Counted from the first letter of the stretch, positions 49,811-62,899 are shown. The stretch is DNA of 64,000 nucleotides from Chiloscyllium plagiosum (GCF_004010195.1 NC_057721.1:7121244-7185243), one strand, 5' to 3'. Program-made: numbers and translations. The notes: generated by a model not told the origin, from the letters alone.

Positions 49811-50819
49811 ATCTATTAAATATATTTAGCTCTTTTGTCCAGTAAAAACAATTTTTTCGGCAAAATAAACAGCAAAAACATTCACTACTGCATTGCTTAA
49901 AATAATTTCCTGTTATGCAATAACTGTGTACTAAATTCTATTTTTGTGCTGTGTAATTTAAAATTTAAATTCTTATACTATACCTTTTGTAGGAGGAGGG
50001 GAAAATTGAAACAGTACCATAGCGAATTATAGGATGAAATGACATGTCAAATTAAATTCAATGCAGTAAAGTTTACAATGTCATGCACTTTTGTCGGACA
50101 AAATGAGAGACAACACATTAAAATTTATACACTTTTTAATAAGTGCAAGGTCAGGTGGACAAAGGGTGTTTGTGTGCAACTAAACGAAGGCACAATAGTT
50201 GAATAAAGTTGTTAAAACGTGGGCTCCTGAAGTTCATAATTAGAGGCATAGAGTTTAATACAAATAGCACACTATCTTAATCCCCAATAAAATGCAATTT
50301 TGGCAACAGCTGGAATGTTGTGGAAAATTCTGGGCAAATGACATAGTCTTTCAAGCTTTTACATCTTTTTGTAAGAGATCTTTTGGAAGTAGGTCAACAG
50401 GAGTCCATAATGCATATGAGACAGGGGAGACTGGATTTACTACACTTGCATCAATTTAAATCCGGATTCTACCTGACAGTAAGTCCATTTGAAATTCAAT
50501 ACTTCGTGTCGTGTCATGTTAACAAACCCCCCCCCCCCCCCGGCTGTACCACAGTCACATACAAATCATCATTATAGGCAGATGTTTGGTCTGCACATGA
50601 TCATAGATTCTTAACTGATCTATAAACAAGCTTGATAACCATTCTGTTCGAGGGCAATTAGCGATAGTCACTGAATATGCCATAATGCCAGCGATGCCTG
50701 CTTTGCGTGAATAAAACTGAGTTAACAATGCAAAGATTATTTTTGTCAAAAAGGAATAATTTAATGATACAAAATGAAACAGAAAATGTATTCCATGCTT
50801 TGGACGCCTAGAAATTTGT

Positions 50820-51000
50820 TTTAGTTTCAGAAGCTCAGCGGGTCTAGCAGCATCAGTGAAGACAAAGCAGATTTAATGTTGAGTTCAGAAACCTGGATTT
50901 GTAGAGAGAAAGCAGAGTTAACTTTACAAATGCAGCCATACTGGAGTTTCTCCAGCAGTTTCAGATTTTTCTTTTAGATCTTTAGCATCTTTGTTTTGTT
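50820..51000. mobile_element. Decayed PLE family D-like terminus
   Basis: AAGCTCAGCGGGTCTAGCAGCATCAGTGAAG..GAGAGAAAGCAGAGTTAAC..TTTCTCCAGCAG..TTTAGCATCT. Confidence 0.55.
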
Positions 51001-52046
51001 TTATTGTAAAGACTGTTTATTTTCTTTAAGTAAGAGACATTGAATATGTGTGGAAATCATGTAAGAGTTTTACTTTTAACACACCTTTCTCATCTTTCTA
51101 TGCTATAACCTGTGTTTTCATCAACTCTGGACACATTTTTTCAGGAAGGATATTTATCTTGGGATAAGGTGTGAAAAGGATTTATAAGAATATTACAGTG
51201 ATTGTGACACTTCAACTCTGTTGTGAAATTGGAGAAGCTGGGGTTCTTCCTTAAAGAAGATTGAAGGCAAATTTATATTCACCAATAGTTATGTTTAAAA
51301 GACAATTGGTTAAATACAGTATTTGAATGTAAACGATTGAATGTAAATGTTTGAATATGCATGATTAACAGGGTATGGAGAAGGTGTAACTGTTGTCTCA
51401 AGGGAGTAAGGTGATGCTGAATGGCCTCTAATGTTAGGCGTATTAGAGATAATGCCGGTAAGATAAGGGTGTGGTTTTTCATTCATGAGATGAGGGCATC
51501 GCTGGCTCGTCAGTATTTTTTGCCCAGAGGGCAGTTAAGAGTTAGCCACATTGCTGTCAGTCTGGAATCGCATCTAGGCTAGACCAGTTAAGGATGGTAG
51601 TTTCCTTCCCAAAAGGATGTTAGTGAACCAGATGGGTTTTTCTGACCATCAACCTGGTCATCATTAGACTCCTAATTCCAGATTTTTATTATTGAACCAA
51701 AATACCATCGTCAGTATTGGTTGGATTCAAACCCAAGTTCCCAAAATATTACACAGGTCAGTTGGGTTAACAATCTGGTGATTAATACCACTCGACAATC
51801 ACCTCCCTGATATGATGAACATGTGAATTGTGGTATTGATGCCATTAGAGATTTGGTTGTTGGAGGGACAAGACCAGCAACTCAACATCCTGGGATGGAG
51901 CAATGTGGGACAGGGGGGTGTGCAAAAATGGAGGTGGTCTCGCATTTAGTTAGAATTAATTATTACAGTAAGGAGGGATTATAGTAGTGATGTTAAATAA
52001 AGACTTTGTGGATGGAGGTTAGGAATAAAAATGAGGCAGACTCACT

Positions 52047-52238
52047 GTCAAAAAGTGTGGTGCTGGAAAAGCACAGTCGGTTAGGCAGCATCATTCAAGG
52101 AGCAGGAGAGTGGGATTCCTGATGAAGAGCTTATGCTCAAAACGTTGACTCTCCTGCTCCTCAGATGCTATCTGACTGGCTGTGCTTTTCCAGCACCACA
52201 CTTTTTGACTCCAGCATCTGCAATCCTCACTTTCTCCT
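52047..52238. mobile_element. Fold-back PLE family B insertion (older subfamily)
   Basis: Arms GTCAAAAAGTGTGGTGCTGGAAAAGCACAG and CTGTGCTTTTCCAGCACCACACTTTTTGAC. Core CUGAUGA(52119)-A-GAGC-UUAU-GCUC-AAAAC has G12 lost. Ends CTCACTTTCTCC. Confidence 0.8.
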
Positions 52239-52526
52239 GCATCTTCTAAGTAAAGATAGATGTGAAGCACTCATTTAATACTCTACCAATGTCCTCTAAC
52301 TTCATGTACAGATTCTCTCTCTAGTCCTGATTGAGCCCAGCTCTTTCTCTGGTAATTCTGTTTCCCTGATATATTTGTAGAACATCTTGGGATTCTTCCT
52401 AATCTTGCTTGACAGATTTTGTTTTCCCCATGCTTCCTCTTTGTTCTTCCAAATACTTTGATTTGCCCCTTGAAGTTTTTATATTGCTTTAGGTCCTGAA
52501 TGTTCCTAAACAGGTAGATGGTTTTT

Positions 52527-52793
52527 TTAGATTAGATTCCCCACAGTGTGGAAACGGGTCCTTTGGCCCAACCAGTCCACACTGACCCTCTGAAGAGTAA
52601 CCCACCCAGACCCATTTCCCTTTGACTAATGCACCTAACACTATGAGCAATTTAGCATGGCCAATTCACCTGACGTGCACATCTTTGGACTGTGGGAGGA
52701 AACCGGAGCACCCGGAGGGAACTCATGCAGGCACTGGGAGAATGTGCAAACTCCAACAGTCACCCGAGGCTGGGATCGAACCTCGGACCCTGA
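52527..52793 (-). mobile_element. HE1-like SINE (5'-truncated)
   Basis: Tail, core and B-box GGTTCGATCCC. Confidence 0.85.
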
Positions 52794-52809
52794 CACCAAC
52801 CAGCCCAGA

Positions 52810-53520
52810 GCGATCCCTGAAAGTAATTAGGCAAGTTAATGTAGTTTAGGCATATAGGATACTTGCCTTTCTCGTCAGCAATAGATTATAAGAGTAAGAA
52901 CATTAAGTTGGAGATGTACAGAACTTTGGTACAGAACATCTGTACAGCTCCAAAAAAAACTACAAATGCTGGAATCCAAGATAGACAAGCAACAGGCTTG
53001 AAGAACACAGAAGCCAGGCAGCATGGAGTAGTGTGTGCAGAATTGGTCACCACAGATGAGGAAGTGAGTGATTGCACTGGAGTGGGTGCAGAATAGATTT
53101 GCCAGGATGTTGTCTCCGATGGAACATTTCAGCTGTTAAGAAGACTGGGTGAGCTCAGGTTGTTTTCTTTAAGCAAAGAAGGTTGAGGAGGGATCTGTTG
53201 TGAGGGACATGGAAAGGGTGGATAGAAAGCAACTGTTCCCTCAGTTGAAATGTCAAGAACAAAGGGGCACACTTTAAGATGAAAGGCAGACATTTGGAGG
53301 GGATTTGAGGAAAACTTTTATTTTTCACCCAGAGGATGATGGGGTCTAGAATGCATTGTCTGAGAGGATAGTTGAGGCAGTAACCTCACAACCTTTCAAA
53401 AAGTATTAGGATGAGCACTTAAAATCTGAACATTCAAGGCTATGGGACTGGTACAGATAGTAGTGTATTTGGTGGACCAGACTTGATAGGTCACAAAGCC
53501 TTTTCTGTATTATATGATAC
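52810..53520 (+). mobile_element. CR1 LINE 3' fragment with a small PLE-like terminus inserted (~52955-53025)
   Basis: AYRILAF..IDYKSKNIKLEMYRTLV remnants and a CR1 3' region. Confidence 0.7.
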
Positions 53521-54722
53521 TAACTACCATAGAGCTGGTGCAGTCAAGAAGGAGTCCATTGCTGCTTGTACCATTCTTTCTGGGAGGTAGAGGAACAGAA
53601 ATAGGTCTCTGTTGCCCATCATAGATTCTGCTCTGCCATTCAATGAAATCATAGCTCATCTGATAATCCTGAACTTGCTTGTCTTTTTCCCCTTAATCCT
53701 TGATTCCCTATGTAACATGGGAGCAGATGTAAAAAGTCTTGAATTTCTACATGTTTTAATTGAAAAAAAATTCTGGACCCAAAACATTGGCTCTGCTTCC
53801 TCTCCACGGATGCTGCTAGATTTGCTGACTCTCTCCAGCATTTTGTTTTTGCTATGTGTTTTAATAATTGGGACGCAATTAAGGTATGATAAAGTTAATA
53901 AACACTTGAAACAAAAATTATGCAACAACAATTGAGACGACTTAGGAAAAAGGAAGCCAAATGACCATGAAGTAACTATTTTCAAAATTTTGGATTTGCT
54001 GCTTATTATAATGTACACCTGCTTGTAATGCAAAATTATTTATAATCGAGCCATAGAAGACAGTTGTCAGTGCATATGTAGGAATTTGTTTCACAAAAAT
54101 GTGATCAGTTCTCTGGAGAAAAGCAACTGTTTTGTTCTGGTCTTTCTTTGAGAGACCCTAATGAGTTGTGAACTCCTGCACTTCGTGGAGATATCTGTAG
54201 GAGTATATGCAGCCATTGTCCTTTCACATGTACCCTTCATTGTGCCACAACTGCAAAGCATACTTAAGGCGCAAAAAGCTACAATAATTAAACAAGAGGT
54301 GAGGTGGTCAAGCCAAAGTACATGGCCTTTCTGTGGACATGGCAACCATAGATGCTAACCAAAGCTTTTAATATTTGTTCAGTAGTTCTTTAAATAACAT
54401 GGAAAATGTAGATCATAAATTAATATTTAAATGACTATGTAGTGCCAGCTTAGTTTTGCCCACATTGCAGCTTGGGAGATAGCAGAATCATAGAAATGTG
54501 TAAAACAAAAGACCATTTGTGTTTGGGGGAGGAAAACAAATTATCCAGCCTATCTTGCTTCCCAGCTCTTTGTCCATAACGCAAAGTAGGTTGCAGTGCT
54601 TCAAACATAATGAATGGCGAACACTTTCAATGGTGAGCAATGTATCTACCTTGGAATTACTTGTTCAGTTAAAAGGGTGGTTGCGTCGTTCAGAATTGCC
54701 AAACCATAAATGGTAAGCTGTT

Positions 54723-56800
54723 GAGTGTGGTGCTGGAAACGCACAACATGTCAGGCAGCATCCGAGGAGCAGCAGAATCGACGTTTCAGCATAAGCCCTT
54801 CATCAGGAATGAGGCTTGTGGGCCGGGGGGCTGAGAGATAAATGGGAGCAGGAAGGGGCTGGGGGGGAAGGTATCTGAGAATGCAGTAAGTGGATGAAGG
54901 TGGGGGTGAAGGTGATAGGTCAGAGAGGAGGGTGGAGTGGATAGATGGAAAAGGTGATGGACAGGTCAAGAGGGTGGTGCCGAGTTGGAGGCTTGGCACT
55001 GGGATAAGTTGGGGACAGGGTAAATGAGGAAACTAGTGAAATCCATGTTAATCCTGTGTGGTTGCAGGGTCCCAAGTTGGAAGATGAGGCATTCTTCTTC
55101 CAGGTGTCAGGTGGTTAAGGTTTGGCAATGGAGGAGGCCCTGGACCTGCATGACTTTGGTGGAGTGGGAGGGGGAGTTGAAGTGTTCAGCCACGAGGCGG
55201 TGAAGTTGGTTGGTACGGGTGTCCCGGAGATGTCCTCTGAAACGATCCGCAAGTTGGCGCCCTGCCTCCCTGATATAGAGGAGACCACATTGGGTGCAAT
55301 AGATACAATAGATGACATGGTGGAGGTACAGGTAAATATCTGTTGGATGTGGAAAGATCTTTTGGGGTTTTGGATGGGGGGGGGGGGGGGGGAAGGTGTG
55401 GGTGCAGGTTTTGCACTTCCTGCAGTTGCAGTAGCAGTAGCAGGGGTAGGTGCCAGGAATGGGATGAGGGCTGGTGGGGAAGCAGATCTGACTAGAAGTC
55501 GCAGAGGGAATTGTCTCATTGGAATGCTGACAGGTGGGGAAGGAAATATATCCCTAGTGGTGGGGTCTGTTTGTAGGTGGTGGAATTTGGGGAGAATGAT
55601 GTAATGTATACGGAAGTTGGTGGGGTGGAAGGTGAGGACTGGGGGTTCTGTCCTTGTTGCATTGGGAGGGGAAATCGTGGCCGAAGAAGGAGGCCATCTG
55701 GGATTTTCTGTGGTGGAATTGGTCATCCTGGGAACAGATCCGGCAGAGGAATTGGAAATGAGGGATGGAGTTTTTACAGACAGTATGGGAGGAAGTGTAG
55801 TCCAGGTAGCTGTGGGAGTCGGTTGGTTTTTTTGTAGATGTCTGTGGTTAATCAGTTGCAGATGATGGAGAGGTCTAGGGAGGGGAGGAAATGTTTGAGA
55901 TGATCCAGATGAATTTGAGGTCGGGGTGAAAGGTGTTAGTGAAGTTGATGAACTGCGCAACCTTCTCATGGGAGCCTGAGGTGGCGCTGATACAGTCGTC
56001 TGTGTACCGGTGAAAAATGTGGGGGGTGCTGGTGTAGTTGTGGAAGATGGACTGTTTCACATACCCGACAAAGAGACAAGCATAGCTAGGGCCCATGCAG
56101 GTGCCCATGGCACCCCCTTTTGTTTGGAGGAAGTGGGAGGATCGGAAGGAGAAGTTGTTGAGGTTGAGGACCAGTTCAGCCAGATGGATGAGGATGTCAG
56201 TGGAAGGTTACTGGTTGGGATGGCATGAGAGGAAGAAACGGAGGCTTGGAGACATTTGTCATGGAGGATAAATGAGTACAGGGATTGGATGTCCATGATG
56301 AGGAAAAGGCGTAGGGGGCCAGGGAAACGGAAGTCTTGGACGAGGTGAAGGGCGTGGGTGATGTCATCCGCCTTCGCCAAACCCTAACCACCTGACGTCT
56401 GGATGAAGAACCCCATGTCTTCTGCCTTGGGACCCTGCAACCACATGGGATTCATGTGGATTTCACCAGATTCCTCATTTCCCGTCCCCACCTTATCCCA
56501 GTCCAAAGCCTCCAACTCAGCACCGCCCCTCTTGATCTGTCCATCGTCTTTCTCATCTATCCGCTCCACCCTCCTCTCTGACCTATCACATTCTCCCTCA
56601 CCTTCATGTATTTATTGCATTCTCCACTACAATCTCCCACCCCCCACCCATTTATCTCTCAGCCCCCAGCCCACAAGCCTCATTCCTGATGAAGGGCTTA
56701 TGCCCGAAACGTCAATTATCCTGCTCCTTGGATGTTGCCTGATGTGCTGTGCTTTTCCAGCGCGCCACTCTTGACTCTGATCTGTAGTTCACTTTCTCCT
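54723..56800. mobile_element. 2.1-kb Penelope-like (Neptune-type) insertion with inverted structure and 18-bp TSD (family B)
   Basis: CATAAATGGTAAGCTGTT at 54705-54722 and 56801-56818. The minus segment (~54723-56376) has RT motifs MDIQSLY, MGTCMGPSYACLF and RYTDD, a CRKCKTC linker and GIY-YIG VIYCIYCTQCGLLYI. The forward 3' copy is ~56377-56800. Confidence 0.92.
56682..56717 (+). ncRNA. Minimal hammerhead motif, sense to ITM2B intron 2
   Basis: CUGAUGA(56686-56692)-A-GGGC-UUAU-GCCC-GAAAC-GUC(56711-56713); the first stem I pair is mismatched (C-A). Confidence 0.72.
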
Positions 56801-57376
56801 CATAAATGGTAAGCTGTTTTAAGTTCTATTTAGACAACATTCATTTAATAGGCCCTATTTTCATGAATAGCAACTGGGGAGTTTTCACTTTGGGTCTAAT
56901 CTGAAGTCACAAGTTCTGTAGGACCTAACTACTGCTTTTACATGAGTTATAGTGGTAAAACTTGATTTGTACAATATTTCTTCATTTGAAGTTTTACTTT
57001 CCAATGATGTGACCTGTATTAATTGAGGACTTGATTGATATAAGCAGTTGAAAATTCTATTCACTTTCATTTTAGCTTGATTATATAGCTGCTATGTGAA
57101 TTCCAAATGCAGGTGGTTTCTATTTGGACTCTGCTGGCATCTCCTCCCTTAATCAGTACAGTTTGACAACACTAAGAATACCCTTTCCAAAGTTCATTTC
57201 TTAAGCTTCTGTGTTAATCTCCTGAGATCATTTGCAGGTTTTTCGAATTCCAATCAAAGTTGACTTGATTATTGTTTTCCTTAGTACTGTCTCGTTTCTC
57301 TGGCAGAAAAAAAATCAACCTGTCCTCAAAAGTTTATCAAACATAAACATTTGTTTCTCATGGTAATTTCTTCCAG

Positions 57377-57586
57377 GAAGGTGAAGCCTTCTTTTGTGGC
57401 CTAAAGTACATTGATCCTGAAGATTATCTTGTCCAAGATGTTGATGTTGCTCCACAATTGGCTCCATACCAATCGATTAAAGAAAACATCAGGATCCTCA
57501 AGGATGATGGAGTTGAATTGATCAATGTACTTGTCCCTGAATTTGCTGATGGCGATCCAGCAGATATTGTTCATGATTTCCACAGG
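57377..57586 (+). CDS. ITM2B: ITM2B exon 3 (linker and start of BRICHOS)
   Basis: EGEAFFCGLKYID..YQSIKENIRILKDDGVELINVLVPEFADGDPADIVHDFHR; CAG acceptor, GTCTGT donor; 210 bp. Confidence 0.95.
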
Positions 57587-57891
57587 GTCTGTATTAACTG
57601 CCATGCTTTTCATATCAATTTGAATTTTGGGGTTCATTTAACAATTTTTTTTCTTTTATAAATTTGCTTTATGACATACTTTACAAAATAATTAAAACTG
57701 AATTATCAGTGTCTGTATAAATTATATGTATGCAAAAAAAGGAGTAAAATTGTCCAAATGTGAAAAAGTAGGAGATTTTACTTTAATGAGACACTATTTT
57801 TCAGTCAACTCGTACTCCTAATTTAATCTGTTTAGCATAATATTGAAACCAGGTGAAACTGGCTTAAGGGCCCTCAAATTTTCTTTCCTAG

Positions 57892-58020
<129 letters not shown>

Positions 58021-59194
58021 TGAGGTACTGACTTTCTGGATTGAAAATCCATAGAGAAGCATTGACACATTGATTCTCTGTCTAATGCAGGTCTTTTGAA
58101 GGTGTAATGTTTGGAGAATGTTTCTGATTTCCTGTCTGGTAGATGGTACAGTAATCCATCACGTAGTTCTTGAATTTGACCCTTGCTTAAAATGGCCTTG
58201 ACTTGGTTCTTTGGAATTATCATTAGTCAAATTTGTAGAATAACAAGAGAAAAAGTGAAATTCTAAAGATACAGTGAATGCAGAAATATATTGTTGAAGC
58301 CTCAATAGTTGTGCTATTGTGCTGTTAAGCCAAAAGAAAGATATTTTTTGTGATAGTGGGACTTGTGGTTGTGGGCCTGTACTGTAACAGTTTAGCTGTT
58401 TAATGGTATTTAAAAGTCTCTTAATTCAGTATCTCAATTTAGGTATCAAGGTGGTTGCAATTCTGAGGAAATATTTCGGTTGACTTTGCTATCCACTTAT
58501 TATTCTCCATTCCTTAGTTATTGAACTTGTCTTCTCTCCTCCACTTTTATTCTAGTCAATGGGTTTTATGCTATGCACCTGATGTTGTGTTTTGTGTTAG
58601 AGTACAGGAATTTTTTGGGAAATTAAGTTCCTTACATTTCAGTTACTAAATAAAGGAGAGCAGGAGAAGATTAGGCACGTTGGAAAGTAGAAAATAAGTG
58701 ACACTATCTCCCCCTCCAACCATACCTCCACCACCACAAGAGAAACTGACTTGGGATGTTTATTACCTTGTGGTAAAAGAGCAACTCCATGCAAGGTGAT
58801 TTCTCGTCATGCAAGTTGATAGGCTGTTATTAACTGAAATGGTGAAATTCAGCTTGTATATTGCCTATTGGTTAAACTGTAAATAACTTGATGCCAATAT
58901 ATTTGAAGGAGGAATTTGCTAATTATTTTCTCTTTGCGTTTTATATAGAATGCTCCTTTTTATATCCCGAGGATGCTGCTTGTTGAGACGTACTTGTAAT
59001 ATCAGCTAAATGAGTTACATTTATGTAAATTTGCTTAGGATTAAAATAAAATTAGATGTATAGAGCAGTTTTTAATTTCTGTGGAAGTAGAATCAGACTC
59101 TTTCTTTCTGTAGGATTTTTAAATGAAATTACTGCTCTAAATTAGTTTGTGATAAGGAATCTTCCTCTTCATTTTATAGATGCTCTTGAAAGCA

Positions 59195-61565
59195 ATTTGA
59201 TTTATTGTCCTATGTATCTTAAGTACAATCAAAATTGCAAGCAGATCATACATACAAGGAAATAGATCATGGGGTGTTTGGATAGAGTAAGGCATACAAG
59301 GTTACGGATACACAAGAAGTGTGCAAAGGCAAGATCGGCATTAGATTTGAAATTGGAAGTCCATTCACCAGTCTAATAACAGCAGGGAGAATTTGTATTT
59401 GAATCCGTAGGTACATATGTTCAAGCTTCTGTATCTGCTGTCGGAAAGAAAAGGTTGGAAGAGATTATAACCAGAGTGAGAGGGGTCTTTGAAGTCTTTC
59501 TGCAGCAACGGGAAGTATAGATGGAGGTCATGGAAGCGAGTTTATGAAGTTGAAGGAGTGTACTGTACCTTTTGAGAATGAAAGCTGGCAAGCACTTGTC
59601 ATGTGACTGACTCGCAGTCAGTGTGCTGGAAAATTGAAAAAATGTAACATTTGACTGTAACCTAGATACCTCAGTTGTTTTCACAGCCATTCGAATTTAA
59701 CCAGTTTACATTATGCCCGAAGATACTAAAACCCCATCGAATTTGGATTTTACTGTTTTTGACAACATTGAACTAATGAGATGATCCGATGTTTGGGGTA
59801 TAAAGAAAGCAAGCATTTTGGACAGTTGGCCAGAAAGAGCACCAACTGTCATTGAAAGACTGCTATTCACCACATTCTCTGTCAAAGGTACCTTTTTTAC
59901 ATGAAACATCTTGGCAGCAGAAGACCAAAGATGACCCAGGGAGATCTACAAACCGAGGAAGATTGACATCAGAGATGATGGCCGCTATCTAGTTTTGAAA
60001 ATTAAGTTGCTGTAAATTTAATAGGGGCTTTATTGGATCAGTTTTCAGAGTGGGAGGTAGAGAACAAATCTTTGAGGAGGGAGGGTTAGAGTTGTAAATA
60101 AATGTTGTGTTTTCACTTTGAGTTAAATAATTGTTTTTTTTTGTTAAATAGTGGAATTTGGGTAGTTCTGTCACTCATACTTTAACGGATTATGAGGCGA
60201 GGTGAGCTTTTGTGTGTTTGGTTTAATTAGCAGAAGGGTTTACCACTGTTGTAACAGGATGTTGGCTTTCATGATTGTCTGGGCTGCCTACATACTTTCC
60301 TGTAGTTCCGGTCCTGGGCAGAGCAGTTGGCTGTACCAAGCTGTTAAGCACCCAGTTAGAATGCTTTCTAAAGTGCATCTGTAAAGGTTGCTGAGGGTTC
60401 TTGTGGACGTACAGAATTTCCTAAGCCTCCTGAAGAAGAAGAGGCATTTTTGTACTGCCTTGACTGTCACATCTGCTTTGGAGGTCAGGGGCAGATTGTT
60501 GATAATCAATTATTGTCACTCCAAGGAACTTGACAGTCTCTGCCTTCTCCACTGATGTACGTAAGGGCATATCCTCCATCTTTCTTCCTGAAGTTAATGA
60601 TCAGTTCTTTTGTTTGGTGGACGTTGAGAGAGAGTGTGTTTTAATTTTGCCATGACACCAAGCACTTTTATCTCCTTCCTGTATTTTGACTCATTATTGT
60701 TTGATATCCGGCTTACAATGGTGGTATCGACAGCAAACTTGTAGTTGGGATTTGTGTGAAATTTGGCCCCACAGTCATGTGTGCGGGGAGAACAGTAGGG
60801 TGCTGAAATCCTTGTGGGGCACCAGTGTTGAGTATTTTTGTGGAAGGTGTGCTATTGTCTGTCTTCACTGGTTGCAGTCTGTGGGCCCGAGAGCTGAAGA
60901 TCCAGTTGCAGAGGTCGGAGCTGAGACCTAAGTCTTGGAGTTTTGAGATGGTTGGGATTATAGTGTTGAAGGCAGAGCTGTAGTCTATAATAGGACTCTG
61001 TGGGTATTCTTATTGTCCAGGTATTCTAGGGCTGAGTATAGAGGTAGGGAAATGGCATCTTCTATGGACCTGCTTTGCTGGTAGGCAGATTGCAAGGGTC
61101 AAGGTAGGCCTGGAGGCTAGAGTTGATGTGAGTTACGACTAACGTGTGGAAGCACTTCATGATTATGAAGGTTAAAACCATCAGGCGGTAGTCATTGAGG
61201 CACATTACATGTGTTTTCTTCAGTATTGGGATGATGGTGTCCTTTTTGAAGCAGATGGGGACTTCAGATTGTAGCAAGGAGAGGTTAAAGATGTTAGTGA
61301 ATACTTCTGTCAGCTGGTCCACACAGGATCTGAATGCGTGGCTGGGGACTCCATCTGGGCCAGTTGCTTTCCTCAGGCTTACTACCGAGAAGGCTGATCT
61401 GATGTCTGCAGGAATGACGGAGGGAGCAGGTATATCTGGGGCTGTCAGGGCAGGTGACATCACACTATTGGCGTTCTACTCTAACTGAGCATAAAAAGCA
61501 TTGAACGTATCAGGGAGGGCTATGTTTTTGTCTGCTATTTTGTTCTGCTTCATTTGTATTCCATT
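59195..61565 (-). mobile_element. Rex1/Babar-type LINE fragment interrupted by a solo LTR
   Basis: RKATGPDGVP..DQLTEVFTNIFNLSLLQSEVPICFKK..IIPILKK..CLNDYR..IMKCF and KAVQKCLFFFRRLRKF..LYRCTLESILTGCLTAWY; 3' end near 59195-59530. Confidence 0.8.
59540..60256 (+). mobile_element. Probable solo LTR
   Basis: Starts TTATGAAG..TGTACTGTACCTTT, has TATAAA at ~59800 and AATAAA at ~60096, ends GGGTTTACC..GTAACA. Similar ends to 62057-62709. Confidence 0.6.
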
Positions 61566-61608
61566 ATGTTCTCTAAATGGACTATAAATTGACATCCTAA
61601 TTGGACTC

Positions 61609-61826
61609 TTGGCTTAATAATGTGTTGCTGGAAAAGCGCAGCAGGTCAGGCAGCATCAAAGGAACAGGAGAATCGACGTTTCGGGCATAAGCCCTTCTTC
61701 AGGAATGGCTTTCTTTCAGGCTTATGCCCGAAACGTCGATTCTCCTGTTCCTTTGCTGCCTGACCTCCTGCACTTTTCCAGCAACACATTTTTAAGCTCT
61801 GATCTCCAGCATCTGCACTTTCTCCT
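61609..61826. mobile_element. Fold-back PLE family B insertion with a 15-bp TSD and an intact hammerhead on the minus strand
   Basis: ATCCTAATTGGACTC at 61594-61608 and 61827-61841. The minus strand reads auuc-CUGAAGA(61696-61702)-A-GGGC-UUAU-GCCC-GAAAC-GUC-gauu. Confidence 0.88.
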
Positions 61827-62056
61827 ATCCTAATTGGACTCCCAATGGAATTGGGAATTTGTGTACACATGAACACAAAGCTCTGTTGTGTGATGAAATT
61901 TTAATTTATCATTCATGTAGATTTGGTTTAATTTTTAAATGCGGTTTTTCTTACTGATTTATTCACAAATTACTAGACGATTCCAATTAAATATGCCAGT
62001 GTAGATAATTGATATATAATTTCTTTCAAGACTGTCTTCAGGGATCTTTACAGTAG

Positions 62057-62709
62057 TGTTATGAAGATGTGGGTGCACTGTACCTTTTTAAAGTTAACAG
62101 CTAGCAGAACTACCTGATAACACGAAATGTTCTGAACAAAATATTTTGGTCCAGCAACTACTGTAGCTGGTTGCCTAGAGACAAAAACAAATTTGAATTA
62201 GGCCAATCAGTTTAAATTGTAACCTAGAAAAACCAAACTCCAATCAAGTTTGAATTTAGTGTATTGACAATATTAAAAGCCAATGATCCAATCGATGCTT
62301 TGGGGGTATAAGACAGGGAAAAATTTAACCATTTGGTGTCAAGTCACCAGCATGTACAGACTCTTCGAAAAATAGCTCTCGATCAGTGACTGGTGAAACA
62401 GAAATTCCTAAGAAAAGAAGACAGAGGAAGATCTAAAGAGAAGATTTGACAGTTGGATGGTTTTGAAATTTGAATTTTGCTAAATCTTAATCAGGGGTTT
62501 TATTGGATGAATATTATAGAAGGTAAGCTAAAAGATAGGTTGGAGGAAGGAGTTGTAAATAGCTGTTAATTATTCTTTGTTATACTTTAAGAAATAAAGT
62601 TGTTACTTTTTACTTTGTTCTTGGCTTCTCGAATTTTCAGATTACTGCACAGGATAAATCTTTTCTGTGTTGCTATTTTAAATTGAGCAGGAGGGTTTAC
62701 CCCGTGACA
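62057..62709 (+). mobile_element. Probable solo LTR related to 59540-60256
   Basis: TGTTATGAAG..CACTGTACCTTT start, GGGGTATAAGA TATA-like box, AATAAA at ~62594, ends GGGTTTACCCCGTGACA. Confidence 0.6.
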
Positions 62710-62899
62710 TGGCAGTGGCAGTCGTGCAAACTGTCTAGGTTTGGATCATCATGTTGTACTGTCAATTCAGTGTAGTTTCTTAGAACTATACATTCTAAGG
62801 CCAACTAGAGAGCGAGCTGTTAATGTTTTTGAATTAATGATCTCGTCATAAAGAGCCCTCGAGGCAAGAATGATCATAATATGATAAACTTTCACAGTC

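Noticed and set aside
55115-55969. 284-aa Pro/Thr-rich ORF as a novel protein
   Set aside because: It is a mostly out-of-frame reading of the frameshifted PLE RT/endonuclease region.
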